A program made the position numbers and the translations under genes. Shown here one piece after another: positions 63,294 through 64,000 of a DNA stretch of 64,000 nt. Every line of letters begins with the position of its first letter. The stretch's first letter is position 1. The notes beneath the pieces were generated by a model. That model did not search any database. It saw only the letters and a list, made by a program, of their open reading frames with translations, and was not told the DNA's origin. Location: positions 124,001-188,000 of the IMG/VR virus record IMGVR_UViG_3300025869_002060. One strand, written 5' to 3'.

Positions 63294-64000
63294 GTGATTA
63301 CGAAAACCTTAAAATTAATTGCAGTAGCTGGTTTACTAGCTGGAACTTCAGCATGTAATTCAGCTACACTTAGTACCGTTTATGAAGGTACTCACAAGGA
63401 CCTTAGTTATAAGAGTTCACAGGCATATGGAATTGGAAACAGGATTTTCAAGCCTGCTAATTTTAACGGTGGAGCAGTATTGTTTCTTCCTAGTTGTACT
63501 GGTGTACAACATTTTAATTCAACAGACATTAAACGTAACTGGATTGATCCGTTATTGGAGCAAGGTTACGTAGTTGCCGTTACTGATTACAACGAAGGTC
63601 GTAGTGCAAGCCGTCCTTGGAACTGTGGTAAGAATAAACATCTATCACATGATCGTTTAGTACGTGATGTATACAACGGTGTGCAGGCTCTTGCTGAAGT
63701 GCCAGGTGTAAACAAAAATCAAATCTTTACCATTGGAACCAGCCTAGGTGGACAGATTGGTGCCGCGGCAATTGATGGTCATGTTATTGACAAAGCCGAA
63801 AAGCAGGGTCTTGCTACTCCAAGAGCTCATGTAAGTTTGTATGCAGGTTGTGCTTACCCAAGCCAAACTTATCTTGATAGCAGTATTAAACGTCCGGTAC
63901 TTTGGATGTCTGGAAGTGATGACGTTGAAGTTGGCGAAGGATGTAGCAGTTGGTTATATAGTAGTATCACAAAGAAGTTGCCTGAGAGCAAGTTTATTGA
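63294..64000 (+). CDS. Lipoprotein alpha/beta hydrolase (dienelactone-hydrolase-like), 3'-truncated by the window
   Basis: Read by eye from GTG 63294: lipobox TSAC, LFLPSCTG, QGYVVAVTD, nucleophile elbow GTSLGG, SLYAGC, SGSDD; frame open to the window end. Confidence 0.75.
   Translation, partial: MITKTLKLIAVAGLLAGTSACNSATLSTVYEGTHKDLSYKSSQAYGIGNRIFKPANFNGGAVLFLPSCTGVQHFNSTDIKRNWIDPLLEQGYVVAVTDYNEGRSASRPWNCGKNKHLSHDRLVRDVYNGVQALAEVPGVNKNQIFTIGTSLGGQIGAAAIDGHVIDKAEKQGLATPRAHVSLYAGCAYPSQTYLDSSIKRPVLWMSGSDDVEVGEGCSSWLYSSITKKLPESKFI

Noticed and set aside
1-64000. Stop-codon recoding, tRNA genes, integrase or transposase
   Set aside because: Genes end normally in TAA, TAG and TGA with dense code-11 ORF coverage; I saw no T-loop/CCA cloverleaf or recombinase motifs by eye (tRNAscan-SE was not run)

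Overview
A 64-kb segment of a large, AT-rich (roughly one-third GC, judged by eye) lytic dsDNA phage with T4-like replication genes and jumbo-phage gene content. The host is probably Gram-negative, because the lysis cassette includes spanin-like genes. Standard genetic code; I saw no tRNA, rRNA, CRISPR array or integrase. Recognisable modules: the end of a short DnaE-like fragment, GroES, clamp loader, an orphan pyrB, PhoH, a GH19 endolysin/spanin/holin cassette, DnaJ and ClpA, a block of acidic modular probable virion proteins, family-B DNA polymerase and sliding clamp, a dispersed 7-deazaguanine pathway (DpdA/TGT-like, FolE, QueD, QueE and a second QueD-like protein, with no QueC in the window) interleaved with glycosyltransferase, GalE, DegT, PRTase and cupin genes, T4-type RNase H, a SleB-type hydrolase, a DctP-like solute-binding protein and an AAA+/vWA pair. 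Many near-consensus sigma70 promoters with 17-bp spacers and TAAATA late-promoter-like motifs are visible. The least explained items are: (i) three tandem cassettes, each pairing a ~230-245 aa unknown protein with a glutaminase-less asparagine-synthetase-like PP-loop enzyme (25.8-31.9 kb); (ii) a switch-like structured RNA leader on phoH; (iii) an ATP-grasp-like gene beside a peptide with a repeated D-W-E-E core; (iv) an unannotated rubredoxin-like ORF before queE; (v) a split GmrSD-like trio; (vi) an ExbB/ExbD-like triad. All family assignments come from motif recognition by eye; no database search was run.
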